Both the position numbers and the translations under genes were made by a program. From positions 2,060,230 to 2,124,229 of the forward strand of contig NC_068992.1 of NCBI RefSeq assembly GCF_001194135.2: DNA of 64,000 nt. The letters are read 5' to 3'. Positions within the stretch are counted from its first letter, which is position 1, and every line of letters starts with the position of its first letter. Below the pieces are notes generated by a model. The model worked only from the letters and a program-made list of their open reading frames with translations. It did not search any database and had not been told where the DNA came from. This document shows, in pieces, positions 25,895 to 38,689 of the stretch. Origin of the DNA: Octopus bimaculoides. Lineage: Eukaryota.

Positions 25895-26174
25895 ATTTCA
25901 TTTCTATTGCCTCAGTCATCTGACTGCGGCCATGATGGAGCATCGCCCGAAGGAATTGTAGTCGAACGAATCTACCTCAGAACTTATTTTGTTTTTAAAG
26001 CCTTGTACCTGTTCTATCGAACACTTTTGTCGAAGTACTAAGTTACGCGAATGTAAACACATCGACACCGGTTGTCAAGCAGTGGTGGGGGAACAAACAG
26101 GGGGACAAAGACGCACATGAGTTTGTATATGTACACACAAACACACACACACATACACACACATATATATATAC

Positions 26175-26252
<78 letters not shown>

Positions 26253-26320
26253 GAATATATATATATGTATATATAAATATACGACGGGCTTCTTTCAGTC
26301 GCCGTCTACCAAATTCACTG
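25895..26320 (-). mobile_element. SINE family B with expanded internal (TA)n
   Basis: cagtcatctgactgcggccatgatggagca...ccggttgtcaagc, (TA)n, then acgacgggcttctttcagtcgccgtctacc. Confidence 0.85.
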
Positions 26321-27387
26321 AGAAGATATGATGTAGATATTTATGAACATCTGTTTATCAATCTTAAAGTGGCCATATCGTTGTTGTTGTTGTTGTTGGA
26401 ATCGGCTAAATTACACTCTATAGACTTATTGTATTAAAAACTCCAGAAATATATCAGCAACGGACGAAAATCGAGCATCAGCGTGGGTGGCATCGCTATA
26501 TACGTATTTCTGCATTCTTGAACTCCGTCAGTAGCTAGTCCCCCACTGGCATCTCATGATATAGATCCACAAGAAATGCTTTCTCGAGACGAATATCGAA
26601 GATCAAAATAAAATAAAATATAAGATCAATATCTCCCTCACATTTTAGTGACTCTCAGACACTTCTTTTTGTATATTATTGTTTGCTGCAGAAATATTTT
26701 AGTCTCCCCACTAATTACTGCATTTTGTTACGGTATTCTTGCCATATATCAATAGTAGATTCCACGTGATGTGCCAAGCTAAATCACGTATTTTCAGAAA
26801 ATTTCCTTCAACAATCGAACGATGCAAAACATCCTGACTAATTGTTTCTCGCTTCTCATTTTTTATCCATCTTGCAGCACATGTTTTACAGCAACATGAT
26901 AAATCTTTAAATCTTTCGTTTAAAATCCCGGGAGATGAACTTCTGCGAATTTCTTTCATTCTCCAATGATATTTGAGGATGACAGTGTGCAAGTTTACAA
27001 TGTGATCTTGGAAGACCGTTCAGATTTTTCATTCTCTTCTGCGAATAGTCTACTTCATCAGAAACGTTGCTTCTGCTCGTGTCTTTCAAGATTGACCTAT
27101 TGCAACAATAGAAAAGTCTCCGTGAAAGATTCTTCAAAATGAAACGGAATTTCAAACAAAATCGTTATTAATCATTCATTTCTTAAATCACCACGAATGA
27201 CCAAACAGTTTAAGGGTAGATTCTTGCCTAATTAAATCTGGCTTGATGTGGTTATTATTAATTAGAAGACTGAGATTGTCAATATACAGCACTGCATTTG
27301 GAATCATGCCGTATACAATACGTAGAACTACAATCATACGGTAGATAGCATACACGCCTGTGAGTATATATGCTTGTGTGTGCGTAT

Positions 27388-27418
<31 letters not shown>

Positions 27419-28279
27419 TACACACACACACATATATTTATATATATATAGAGAGAGAGACAGAGAGATATACAGAGTGAGAGAGACAGAAGGTAGGTGA
27501 GAGCTAGATATGCTCAGCATAGAAAACAGGTAATAGCGCTTAAATTAATTTCAGCTTAAACTCTGAATCCTTTATCCAGGACGAAGGGCGCGGTGTCGAT
27601 CATGTTTGTGCATTCACCCACTTTTATATAAGAAGCATACGCGTGTGTGTTTGTAAGAGGAATAGCATGAGGAGGAGTATAGTGGTAGGAGTTATGGTGG
27701 CAATGGTGATGATAGCAGTGGTGGTGGTGGCGGCGGTGGTGGTGGTGGTGGTGCGAATGGTGCGAGCGTGTGGAGATTATTAAATCTTATAATGTTTAAT
27801 AAATTACTTCTACATGTTAAAAGGTGTCTTAAAGCTTTGATAGTCGAATACGGTGCATTCGATTAAATAAGGCGTGAGACGGTGGCCAGCGGTAAGTTCA
27901 AAGCTACTCGAATTCCCATCAACGGTTTCGTGCTCTGATCAGAACCGTTTTGCGTCACTGATTTTGATAAAGGCTTTGGGAAATTTGTAGCATCAAGTGA
28001 GGAATAAAACGTCTTTATCATGCGCGAAATAAATTAATCCCTTAATTAATCTCAGTTAATTAGCTGCTGCTTTTAGACAATGAAGTGTTGTAGTTTTTTA
28101 ATTCTTTTATGTTGAAATTTCCGCTTTAACAGCAGAATCACACAAAAGAATTTATGTTTTTAAAGATTGCGAACAAATACCCGAAACTCTTTCCCCCCTC
28201 CAAGCATCTATATTCACAGATTCGCTCTTCCTATTACCACCATCCTTACAAACATTAGGAACCTTGTTTTTCTCTCAAT

Positions 28280-29300
28280 CTATACTAAATGATTTGCTTT
28301 CCATGCAAACAAATATTTTCCATTGTAAGATTTCTTGTCAGCACTAACCAACAGATCCTCTTCCAATTGTCCTTCTTCTCTCTGACACAGTTGGATTCCA
28401 TTCAGTTATTACTTTTTTTCCTTTTTTATTCATTTTGCTTTCTCCAAGAAAATGGATTATTCTGTTTTTTTTTAACATTTTATCTAAACTGTTCCAGCAA
28501 TATAATCATAATTCTTCCCTCCATACCATTACAATAGACTGGTTATGTTTGAAATTCTTCTTCCTCTTCCTATCATCCCATGGATTACGCCCATATATTC
28601 TTTAGCACACGATCAAAATAGACTATTATGTTTGCATATTTCTTATCTATAATAACCACACACTCAACTAACTGCATTCATTCGTTTCTATATTTCGTTA
28701 TTTCTTAACACGATGGATCAAACTTTCTCCGCCATAAAATTCAATAGATATTGTTACTATTCGCCAAATGGATCGCACTTAATCATCTTTATTCCAAAAC
28801 CAAAGTTTTATATATATAGATAGATGTGCATGAATATGTGTATGTGTGTATATGTATAATTGTGTGTGTGTGTGTATTTATGTGAGTATATGTACAGTAT
28901 GTATCATGTGCGTGTGAGTGATAATACAAATCTTCTCCACAAAGCATTGTACTTGCAGAAGTTTAGAATATAATATGCCCAAATATCATAGTTTTGCGAT
29001 ATTTTTTCAATTACTAAATTGAAAACTTTCAGTTAATTGCCAATATTTGTTCTCTTCACTCCGCTATCTTTAAACTGTTCTTACAAACTTATATCACATT
29101 CTAGCTCCTGGATCAAGTTAAACGGCCCCCAACTTCCATTCAAACTGCATTAATTATTAGTTTTCATATCTACTCAAACATTAGATTACGATTTCTGTTT
29201 TACCTGACATGATATCTACGTCTAAATATCTTGAACCTGGAACATATATCGATCTAATATATGCCCTACCAGCTGATAACGTACCATCAAGCTAGTAATG
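28280..29300 (-). mobile_element. possible highly decayed LINE ORF2 remnants
   Basis: Scattered minus-strand motifs (YLGI-like; FDRV; W..ICWLVLTRNLTMEN, resembling zf-RVT-type C-termini) interrupted by stops and a microsatellite. Confidence 0.3.
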
Positions 29301-29559
29301 GTTTATTTGACAGATTTTATACACAAATGTAATTCCCATCTTCGCTATTAGCGAATGTATGATTTTGTAATTACTTAATGATGCCACTGAATATATGGAG
29401 AAGTCAAGATCTTGTCTTTAATGAAGCAATGACTTCTTTCTTCATTCATAACATCAAAATTCTTAATTTTTACAAATGAATCTTCATTCTTATGTTCAGA
29501 TGTCAGTCAGTGAAGTTGACGGCGCAGTCAGCACTTTATTAATTTACCAACTTAAATAT

Positions 29560-29750
29560 CTCTTTCTAATTTGATACAAAGCCGGCAATTTTGATGGGTG
29601 GGGCAAGTCGATTACGCCGATCCTACTGCTTCATTGATATTTTGTTTTACTGAGACCGAAAGGATGAAAGGCAAAGTCGACCTTGACGATATTTGAACTC
29701 AGAACGTAAAGCTGTAGCAACTTAGATGATTACCACGAGGTTTGCTCCGA
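29560..29750 (-). mobile_element. SINE family A, diverged
   Basis: ccgaaaggatgaaaggcaaagtcgaccttgacgatatttgaactcagaacgtaaag. Confidence 0.85.
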
Positions 29751-29871
29751 TAGTAATGCAAACGTGGGCCAGACTGCTTTACTAGCCGACAAAGGTCATT
29801 TAAATTGATATAGAGTTGCACTTCCTCTACAGGGAAACTTCTTGCAAATAATAGAATCTTAACAGCTGTAA

Positions 29872-30816
29872 CGTGCCGTAATTGAGTTCTTGATGAAGGA
29901 AGCATGCAAGCTGTCCGAATCCACAGATCGTTATATTTTTATTCCGGATATGACATCATTGACAAGAGGAATGTGCACAGGTGGATGGAGAAGGTTAAAC
30001 AAGTGGTAATTAATACTGAAGAAAATCATGTACGACCGTGGACCCAAATCTCCAGAAGAATTGAATCGCACAAAAATGTGTGAAGTAGGGTTTTCGGCAG
30101 TTGACTACTGATTTGAAAGTAAGAAAGAGGCAATTTGCTCTGGTTTTTTGAATGCGTTTAAAGTCTATCATCATAGGTTATTTTCTCCGATCTGGCGACA
30201 GAGGAGGATAAGTGGTAATATCTGGTTGGTCTTGAAACGATGATTTAATCCATCGAATGGACCGCATCTCTCCTCCATGTTCAAGTAATAGCATTGGCAC
30301 AGAATGTCTCGATCTCTGTATTGGATGGCAACAAGGATGTCATTCCCGTTTGTTTTCTGGAACGTGGTTGAACCCCGATAATCGCGGCGTACAGTGAGAC
30401 ACTCAAGATGCTTTGGAGAATCCATGTGGAGGGAGAAACCGTACAAGAATTTTGTTTGTCATGACAATATGCGACCACATACATCTTTGACAACAAATTC
30501 GGCAATCGGCAAATTAGGCTGACCGGCAGTTCCCATTCATCGTTCAACTCGTATTTGGTACCATCTGACCACCAACTGCTTGTCTTCAGAGACACCAATT
30601 CGATGGCACAGACGAAGAGAATTTTGCTGTAAAGAAGTGGCTGCAACAGTTAACATCTGAATTTCTTCAAAGAAGTTTCGTGAACTGGGTCAATGTGGCG
30701 CTAATGCACTGCTCGTCATGGAGAGTACGTCGCATAAAACACTACTGACATGCGCAGTTTGAACGATCTTCATCAGCTGAAAAAGAATTTATGTTTACTT
30801 TCCAATTATTCCCTCT
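29872..30816 (+). pseudogene. decayed mariner (DD34D-type) transposase with probable right TIR
   Basis: Frameshifted translations appear in the expected order: RAVIEFLMKE; ATEEDKW (TGDEKW); FLERG*TPIIAAYSETLK; HDNMRPH (HDNARPH); HSSFNSYLVPSDHQL (HPPYSPDLAPSDYHL); WR*CTARHGEYVA*. A TIR-like tttactttccaattattccctc follows. Confidence 0.88.
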
Positions 30817-30907
30817 TCAACTCTATCTCTCATTATCTTCACATATATACACAAGCTCACACATAGATGGAAATAAAACAACTACACTGGCTCTCATGAA
30901 ATCATTA

Positions 30908-30946
<39 letters not shown>

Positions 30947-30947
30947 C

Positions 30948-30983
<36 letters not shown>

Positions 30984-31004
30984 ATATATATATATATATG
31001 TGTG

Positions 31005-31047
<43 letters not shown>

Positions 31048-31589
31048 CCAAGTCTTAAAACATAATTTTTCATGCAGTTTTTTTTTCTTAATATCTTAAT
31101 CAATTCAGAAACTGAATCTCCTACTCATAACAGCTATGTATCATATTTCAATAAATCAATCACTTTTGCATATTTATTTGAATCAATTTCTGAATTATAT
31201 CGGGAATATGCAACCATATGTCTACATACGTGACCCAATGTTGACATATCAACATTTAAGCAACCAATTCACTAAGCTACGAGAATTTAAACCACGAGTT
31301 TTGCACAAACAATTCCAAATATGGCAGCAAAATATTGCTTCATTAATGTAATATCAAAATAGAATCAGATCTGGTAATTTGTGATGGTGTGTGGTGTCAA
31401 TATGAAGTTCAGAACGTTGGTTATTTGCCGTAAAAGCTGTAGGACGTCAGGTTTCGCAAGTTTAAGCTTTCATTTGACAGGGGAAAATATTATGACGGCT
31501 CAATTTTAAGGGCAGGTGATTCACCAAGCAAAAGGTTTTATATAAAAAGACAGGAGACGAAAGAGCCGAAGAGCCGAACGATACAGGTG

Positions 31590-31752
31590 AACCTTTTCGG
31601 CTTGATGGCCAAACAAAACTGATAATGTATTTAGGAGACTTAAAATAAGTACTGAGGTTCATTTGATTGACCAAAAATATCCTTCAGGGCAGTGCCACAG
31701 CATGGTCGTTGTCTAGTCCCTCAAGCCAGTAAAAGAGCAAGAAAGTAAAAGA
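31590..31752 (+). mobile_element. SINE family B, old 3' half
   Basis: aataagtactgaggttcatttgattgacc...ccttcagggcagtgccacagcatggtcg...gtaaaagag. Confidence 0.6.
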
Positions 31753-32704
31753 GAGACAGGCTTCAAAACAACTCCAATAATATGCAATTAATGTGACAGG
31801 ATTGAAATATTTTGGGAAGGCGGCAGGCAGGAATGTAGGTATATATAAACACAAATAAATTTGCTGTTCAAGAATTATGGGAAACGAGAAAGGGCTGTGG
31901 TATAGGTGTAAAGACACTCAAGCAAACACATATAAGCAAATACCCACTTATACACACGCACACACACACACACACACACAATTATGCATGTATATACATG
32001 TTTTTGTATGCATGTATATACATGTTTTTGTATGCATGTATGTAAAGCGCATAGCCTAATTATCGTGCTACAGATTACAAGTAATATGTTCTACTAATTT
32101 TAATTGCACAGAACATTTGCTAGATTAACTATCGATATCACCGCCCATCATTTCTTGTGCAGCTAGCAGACAACTTCGTAGCCATTCATCCACCAGCATA
32201 GAGGTAGCCTTACAATAGAAGCCCTTACTCTATAGGTGTCTTTACTATATAGCTGCCCTGTCTTCTATACAGACGTCCTTATCATTTATCTGGCGTATCA
32301 TGTCAGAGCGAGAAACGAATGACCATTTACAAGTTCTCGCCTTCCACATTCAGACAATTTCATTCTGTTCCTCCACTGATATCGGCTGACGTGGAAGATA
32401 TCTGTGTATGCTTGTGCATGCATGCGCGCACGCACGTGTGTGTGTGTGTGTATGTGCTTGCTTGTACAGTAAGTAGCCATTTATAACGCCCGTCTTCTCG
32501 TTATCCAACCTCCCAAACAGTCTTGCATTTTCGGTCATCTGCCATCACAGCCAGAGTGTCTTCTACATCAGCTTGTTTTTCCTGTCTGAAGAACTGTCGT
32601 ATCCGCTCTGCACTAAGTAGAATACTGTATGTGTTTGTGTGTGTACGTGTGCGCGTGTATGTATGAGTGTGGTGTATATGTGTGTGTAAATACACAAACA
32701 CACG

Positions 32705-32767
<63 letters not shown>

Positions 32768-33228
32768 ATGTATGTATCATGTATGTCTTATGAATACACA
32801 CACAAGAAGAAAGTGAGAGGAAGTCATGTGTACAGAAAGGATGCAGAAATGAACCTCAAAGAAGAATTAGAAAACAAAAAATAAAACCTATAAATTGCAT
32901 AAACTTCCCTGCACAAATAGAGTTACAGACAGATATTTGCACATTTTCGTTCTTATACATGAATAGACATGTAGTGAGGCTTGAAGATCTATGGATGTAC
33001 TGAGACACTAACATTCATATGTATATATTAAGAAATATACACATACACACACAATACACGCTCATACACGTATTGACAGGCATGTCGGAACGTGACAAAC
33101 GTATATAGACATACGTAGACAATGCAGTCAGACATAAATGTACAGTATGAAACCAGCGTACTACAATGCTCTGATAACATACAAAAACTCACACATTCAC
33201 ACACACACTCCTATATAATTATACATAC

Positions 33229-33301
<73 letters not shown>

Positions 33302-33984
33302 AATATACTAAGTATATTATACATCCGTACGTACATACATCAATACAAATAGAATACATTCATACCCACTTAAGTACAAACATACAAACAAAGATATATA
33401 TACGACTATTCTTTCGTCTGTCGATCCGTCCAGGAAGGCACAAAGGCAGATTAGACTTGGATCATTGTTTTGTGCAATATTTGATCTGAATAGGAATATA
33501 TTATGGGTGTGGCCCTACCGGTGCACCACAGTAAAATAAAAGCCTTCGTGTATTTTATTCTACGTCGGTTTAGTTCAGATCCTAACGGAGTCCTATGCTT
33601 TTAGTATTCATATAAAGGAATATAACACAGATATTATGGGATTGTTCGCATCGATTTTGCTGGCCACACCAAGTGTGTGGTCTTGTGACGAATCAATATT
33701 TGTACAGCGGACTTCATAAAGATATTGTCCATAGAGTTCAAGTTAATATAGCAGTAAATTGCTCTTCACTGCCCTTCTCTGATTGTCTGGCAGAGTAGCC
33801 TGAGGAAGACAGTTGCCGTTAATGAATATTAAAGAGGAATTTGTCATGGTTTCTTTTCTTTATTTTAATCTCTTTCTCCTACGCTTGTCAATCAGCATTG
33901 CAGATATAAGAACAAAAAAAAAAAATAAAATTCTACAAAATAAGAATTAAGGAAACTAATTAAATTAGCTCAATACGTTCTAGG

Positions 33985-34160
33985 TGTAGGCATGACTGTG
34001 GTGATAAGAAGTTCAATTATCAGCTACGAGGTTCTCGGTTCGGTCCCGACCGGTGGCACACTGGTAACCGTGTTCTTCTGCAATTACGCATTGATGATAG
34101 CTTGTGAGATAAATTTGTAAATTTTGGGTGGCATAAACTGTGCCCAACTGCATCGTGTGT
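33985..34160 (+). mobile_element. SINE family B head, old
   Basis: ggcatgactgtggtgataagaagtt...ggttcggtccc...ggcacactgg, a diverged tRNA-like head. Confidence 0.55.
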
Positions 34161-34205
34161 ATATACTCATATATATATATACATATAAATATATGAGTAT
34201 ATATT

Positions 34206-34380
34206 CTCATTCCTAAGGTATTTTTTGATATTTTTTTATATTGAAAAACACCTTAGGAATGAGGACCCAAGTTCGAAATTTCCCCAAGACACCTGATGAA
34301 GGCGGGAGGGTATATCAGCCGAAACGTTGTGTTAACAGCAAACAAGATGAGGACAAATATCTGTCAAATGTAAAGAATGA
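34206..34380 (+). mobile_element. short Penelope-like element with 5' inverted duplication and hammerhead
   Basis: Inverted repeat ctcattcctaaggt / accttaggaatgag, followed by the hammerhead at 34288-34333; adjoins AT-rich microsatellite. Confidence 0.7.
34288..34333 (+). ncRNA. minimal type I hammerhead ribozyme (canonical CUGAUGA/GAAA core)
   Basis: GACAC CUGAUGA A GGC(GG GAGGGUAUAU CA)GCC GAA ACGU U GUGUU: stem I GACAC/GUGUU, stem II GGC/GCC plus one G-C beyond a G.A mismatch, palindromic ACGU stem III, predicted cleavage after U34328. Confidence 0.72.
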
Positions 34381-34414
34381 AGATTTGATTTATTCTTTGA
34401 CATGTCAGTCCCCA

Positions 34415-34544
34415 CACAGCACTAAAGCAACACGAAATGAAGTCATTTGCTCAAGAAGACAACACGTCGCCCGGTGAGGGAATCAAACCCATGTTCTGGC
34501 TATCATGAGTGCAAAACACTAACCACCAGGACACGCACCTTCAC
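34415..34544 (-). mobile_element. SINE family C/C' head
   Basis: Reverse complement gtgaaggtgcgtgtcctggtggttagtg...gggtttgattccc...tgtcttcttgagcaaatgacttcatttcgtgttgc. Confidence 0.75.
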
Positions 34545-35029
34545 TGATGAATACAGAAATATCAATCATACATTGACAGTCAATAGACATCATCGTATAT
34601 GATGACACTCATCATAACAAAGTGGAGGCCGCTTTCTAGATGGGTTTCATATATCTTGTATGTAGTTACCATTCCACAGAACTGTAAATTCTAAAGTTCT
34701 GGCCTCATGTTCTCATATATTCCTTGTTGAGTGAGAAGTTATATCTTTGCCTCTTTCTCTCTTTCCAAAATTTCCACTGCTTCAATTTCACATTCATTTC
34801 CTGACGCATCTCATTCATTTTCGTTCATACTTACTTCCATTCAGTCTTTCGTCCCCCCCCTCTCTCTCTCTCTCTTTCTCTCTCTACTCTCTCTCTCTAC
34901 TCTCTTTCTACTCTCTACCTCTCTTATCCTTCTTTACACACACACACACACACACACGGTCATGTACGTTCCAATCATTTATCACATTCTGTCACCTATA
35001 ACAGTATAACTATTCCCTCCTACCATCAT

Positions 35030-35230
35030 TAACTTGCAACTCTTACTATCACTGTTAGCCGAATATTGTAACCAGCATCACTTCTAAATCAATCATAACC
35101 AGCCCCAGAGCCATTACCACGACCACCACCACAACAAAAACAAAAACAACAGCAACTACAAGTACCACAACGACAACTACCACTACCCCCACTGTCCCCA
35201 CCACCGCCACCAACATCAAAACTTCCATAT
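35030..35230. repeat. (CAC/AAC)n low-complexity tract
   Basis: Direct reading. Confidence 0.85.
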
Positions 35231-35490
35231 CCCTCACACAACACAAGCACCTCCACCCTCTTCTTTCCCTTATTCACTTCTCACTCTACTCCTCTCCCTC
35301 CTCTTCTTTCTTTCTATTCAATTCATTCACTTTAAATATCTCCTTTCCATATACACACACACTCGTACAGCATATATGCATATAAACACACAAACATACA
35401 TAGAAACACACAGAGTATTTGTACACATTCATGTGTTAGAGTGTGAGTGTGACGGGGTTATGTGTGTGTTTATATATATATATATATATA

Positions 35491-35850
35491 NNNNNNNNNN
35501 NNNNNNNNNNNNNNNNNNNNNNNNNNNNNNNNNNNNNNNNNNNNNNNNNNNNNNNNNNNNNNNNNNNNNNNNNNNNNNNNNNNNNNNNNNNNNNNNNNNN
35601 NNNNNNNNNNNNNNNNNNNNNNNNNNNNNNNNNNNNNNNNNNNNNNNNNNNNNNNNNNNNNNNNNNNNNNNNNNNNNNNNNNNNNNNNNNNNNNNNNNNN
35701 NNNNNNNNNNNNNNNNNNNNNNNNNNNNNNNNNNNNNNNNNNNNNNNNNNNNNNNNNNNNNNNNNNNNNNNNNNNNNNNNNNNNNNNNNNNNNNNNNNNN
35801 NNNNNNNNNNNNNNNNNNNNNNNNNNNNNNNNNNNNNNNNNNNNNNNNNN
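35491..35850. other. assembly gap (N run)
   Basis: N run after (TA)n. Confidence 0.99.
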
Positions 35851-35981
35851 GTATTGAAACACAAACACGCAATATGTTTATGTAAGCATTATTCTTCCAC
35901 TTCCAATCTATTTGTCTGGGTATCCATCCATCTATATCGATAATCAATCAATCATTTACAAACACATTGCATATCTATCTA

Positions 35982-36056
<75 letters not shown>

Positions 36057-36620
36057 TTTCATGTGCGTATGTATGTATGTATGTATCAATGGCAGTCAAT
36101 ATATATTCTAATTTCACCCTACCCGATCTTTAACCTTCATCCTTTACCACATAACCACCGCCTATCTTCTAAGATAATTCGCAACAATAATTCATCAATA
36201 TATTTCTGTCTTTATGTATAACTTAGTTTATTTGGTCCTATCTTTAATTGATATATGTCATCATTTTTATTGGCCTGTATTATAGTTTTATTATAGAAGA
36301 CACGGCCGTGGCCACCTCTATCTAGATTAACTCGGAACTCATATACCAAATGACTGCAATGAATAATTTAATAGAACATCTCATATAATATATTTTACAA
36401 ATTCTCAACTATAAATATATTCATATAGCTACTGGCAGATCATTTTAATGTAATTATCCTTCGGCTGAATAATAAGCATTGTAAAGATTGAACTAAGCAC
36501 CTGCATACTTTTAAGATTTGGTGCAGATTCGCTTTGTGGTGGTAGAAGTTCTACGTTGCTCGCTCCCGGAACTAGCAAGCATCATATAATCACAATTTCA
36601 TATCACCTTATACCACTCAT

Positions 36621-36668
<48 letters not shown>

Positions 36669-37110
36669 ATTTGTGTTGGACATTTAATCGAATGAAATGG
36701 AATCGATATCTCTTTATCTGGGAAGAGCAAAATAAAGTGATGTGATACAAACATCAAAGAAAAAAAAACGTGTGAGAAAAGAAAACGCCTGCATTCGTAC
36801 AGACCGTCTCATAAACACACATACACACAGGTAGAAAAAATAGATACATACAAAATGTGTATGTGTGTGTGTGTGTGTGTGTGTGCGTGTGCGTGTGTGC
36901 GTGCGATATACAGTAGATTTTATGAAATATACTATATATCGTAACCAGAGATCGAATCTCCATCAGCTGAAATTTCACTTATACTATCTGATGTAGACAT
37001 ACGTCTAAGGTTGAGTCTAAAGGTAATAAATACTCACACACACGCACACACACACGCACACACACAAACATACATATATATGTATGTATATGCATATATA
37101 TATATATATA

Positions 37111-37170
<60 letters not shown>

Positions 37171-37171
<1 letters not shown>

Positions 37172-37326
37172 GGGAGAATATACAAATAATAACAACAGAC
37201 GAGGACAGGTGGTGTAAATAACAAAAGGATATATTAGTATGACGCTCGGGAATACGGAAAGTCTTTGACGTTTCGAGCTACGCTCTTCAACAGAAAGAAT
37301 ACGGAGACAAGGAGAAAAACACGGAG

Positions 37327-37330
<4 letters not shown>
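37171..37330 (-). mobile_element. young short Penelope-like element with hammerhead, embedded in (TA)n
   Basis: 37171-37280 is 108/110 identical (inverted) to 41776-41885; (TA)n on both sides. Confidence 0.8.
37262..37298 (-). ncRNA. minimal type I hammerhead-like fold with A6U core (CUGUUGA) and GUC triplet
   Basis: Minus strand reads UCUUU CUGUUGA A GAGC GUA GCUC GAA ACGU C AAAGA: 5-bp stem I, 4-bp stem II, palindromic ACGU stem III. Confidence 0.65.
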
Positions 37331-37385
<55 letters not shown>

Positions 37386-37415
37386 TGTATGTATGTATGT
37401 ATGTATGTATGTATG

Positions 37416-37449
<34 letters not shown>

Positions 37450-37450
37450 C

Positions 37451-37590
37451 AGGAGTAGCTGTATGGTAAGTAGCTTGCTTACCAACCATATCTTTCCGGG
37501 TCTCACCTTGTGCATGTGTCTTCTACTATAGCCTCTGGCCGAGCAAAGCCTTGTGAGTGGATTTGGTGGACGGAAACTTAAAGAAGTCCT

Positions 37591-37629
<39 letters not shown>

Positions 37630-37648
37630 TCCCTCCCCACTCACTTGA
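37451..37648 (+). mobile_element. SINE family B, head and middle with internal deletion
   Basis: ggagtagctgtatggtaagtagcttgcttaccaacc...gtgtcttctactatagcc...gtgagtggatttggtggacggaaac. Confidence 0.88.
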
Positions 37649-38600
37649 GACATATATACATACACACATACATAGATATAAGTATATGTATATCTATCTA
37701 TATTTGTCCATATATATGTGTGTGTGTATGTGTGCATGTATTTACGTACATACATACCTACCTACATACATACATACATACATACATACATACATACATA
37801 CATCCATAGGTGCGTATATGTATATCTATATCTTAACGTTAGTGTATATCCTCCTGGACTTGATGTCGATTTGTAGATTTTCTTCACTCCATCTCCTCAC
37901 TTTTCTTTGGTGAACAGTTTTTTTTCTTCTTGCATAACAAACATTGGGCAAGGCTAGAAGAATTACAGTAGAAGACTGTATTTTGGCAGGAATATAAAAA
38001 CATGTTCGACATATATAAATGCCATTGGCATCTAGGCTCTTAATAGTCCACCCCACTCTCTCCCTCCCCTTTTCTCTTCTCTTCCTCTTTTTTATACATA
38101 GACCTGCACATATATATATATATATATATATTCATGTCTATTCGTATGCGCCTGGGTGCGTGTGAGTGTATATATATATATAAGCTAAACGTGAGTTTGA
38201 AATCTATTTACAATTCCGCAGTTATAACGCACACGCACGCGCACACACATACACACACGTATTTATACATACATATATGCATATTGATACGTACATGTGC
38301 CTGTGTATGTGTGTGTGAGTTTGTGTTAATATATATATGTATGTGTGTGTGTGTAAGTATCTGCTAAGCATAGAAGCCTGCATATCTCTGTGTATTATTT
38401 TCTTTTTTTAATTAGAGCCAATTTTCGCCGGCCACCTACTTGGTAGCATGGCTGTAAAAGAGAGCATCATGTTTTGCTCATCATCTTCTAAATCTTAAGA
38501 AGGTCTTGCAGATTTTTATCGTTCCAGATATGATCATTTATAGCATATGAATTAATGAGTTTCGTTCTCTCCCCAAATAGCCATGTTGTGTATACCTATG

Positions 38601-38678
<78 letters not shown>

Positions 38679-38689
38679 CATACAAAACT

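Noticed and set aside
29822-29836. Partial miR-10-like seed (ccctgtaga) on the minus strand
   Set aside because: Only 9 nt match and there is no precursor hairpin.
32280-32620. Minus-strand fragments resembling a LINE AP-endonuclease N-terminus or an exon (ENARLFGRLDNEKTGVINGYLLY)
   Set aside because: Similarity is too weak and broken by frameshifts and a microsatellite to call without a search.
34545-34570. CTGATGA-ataca-GAAA as a hammerhead (similar chance motifs near 13336, 16746, 17111, 42953, 56592 and 63528)
   Set aside because: Stems I, II and III are missing or unpaired.
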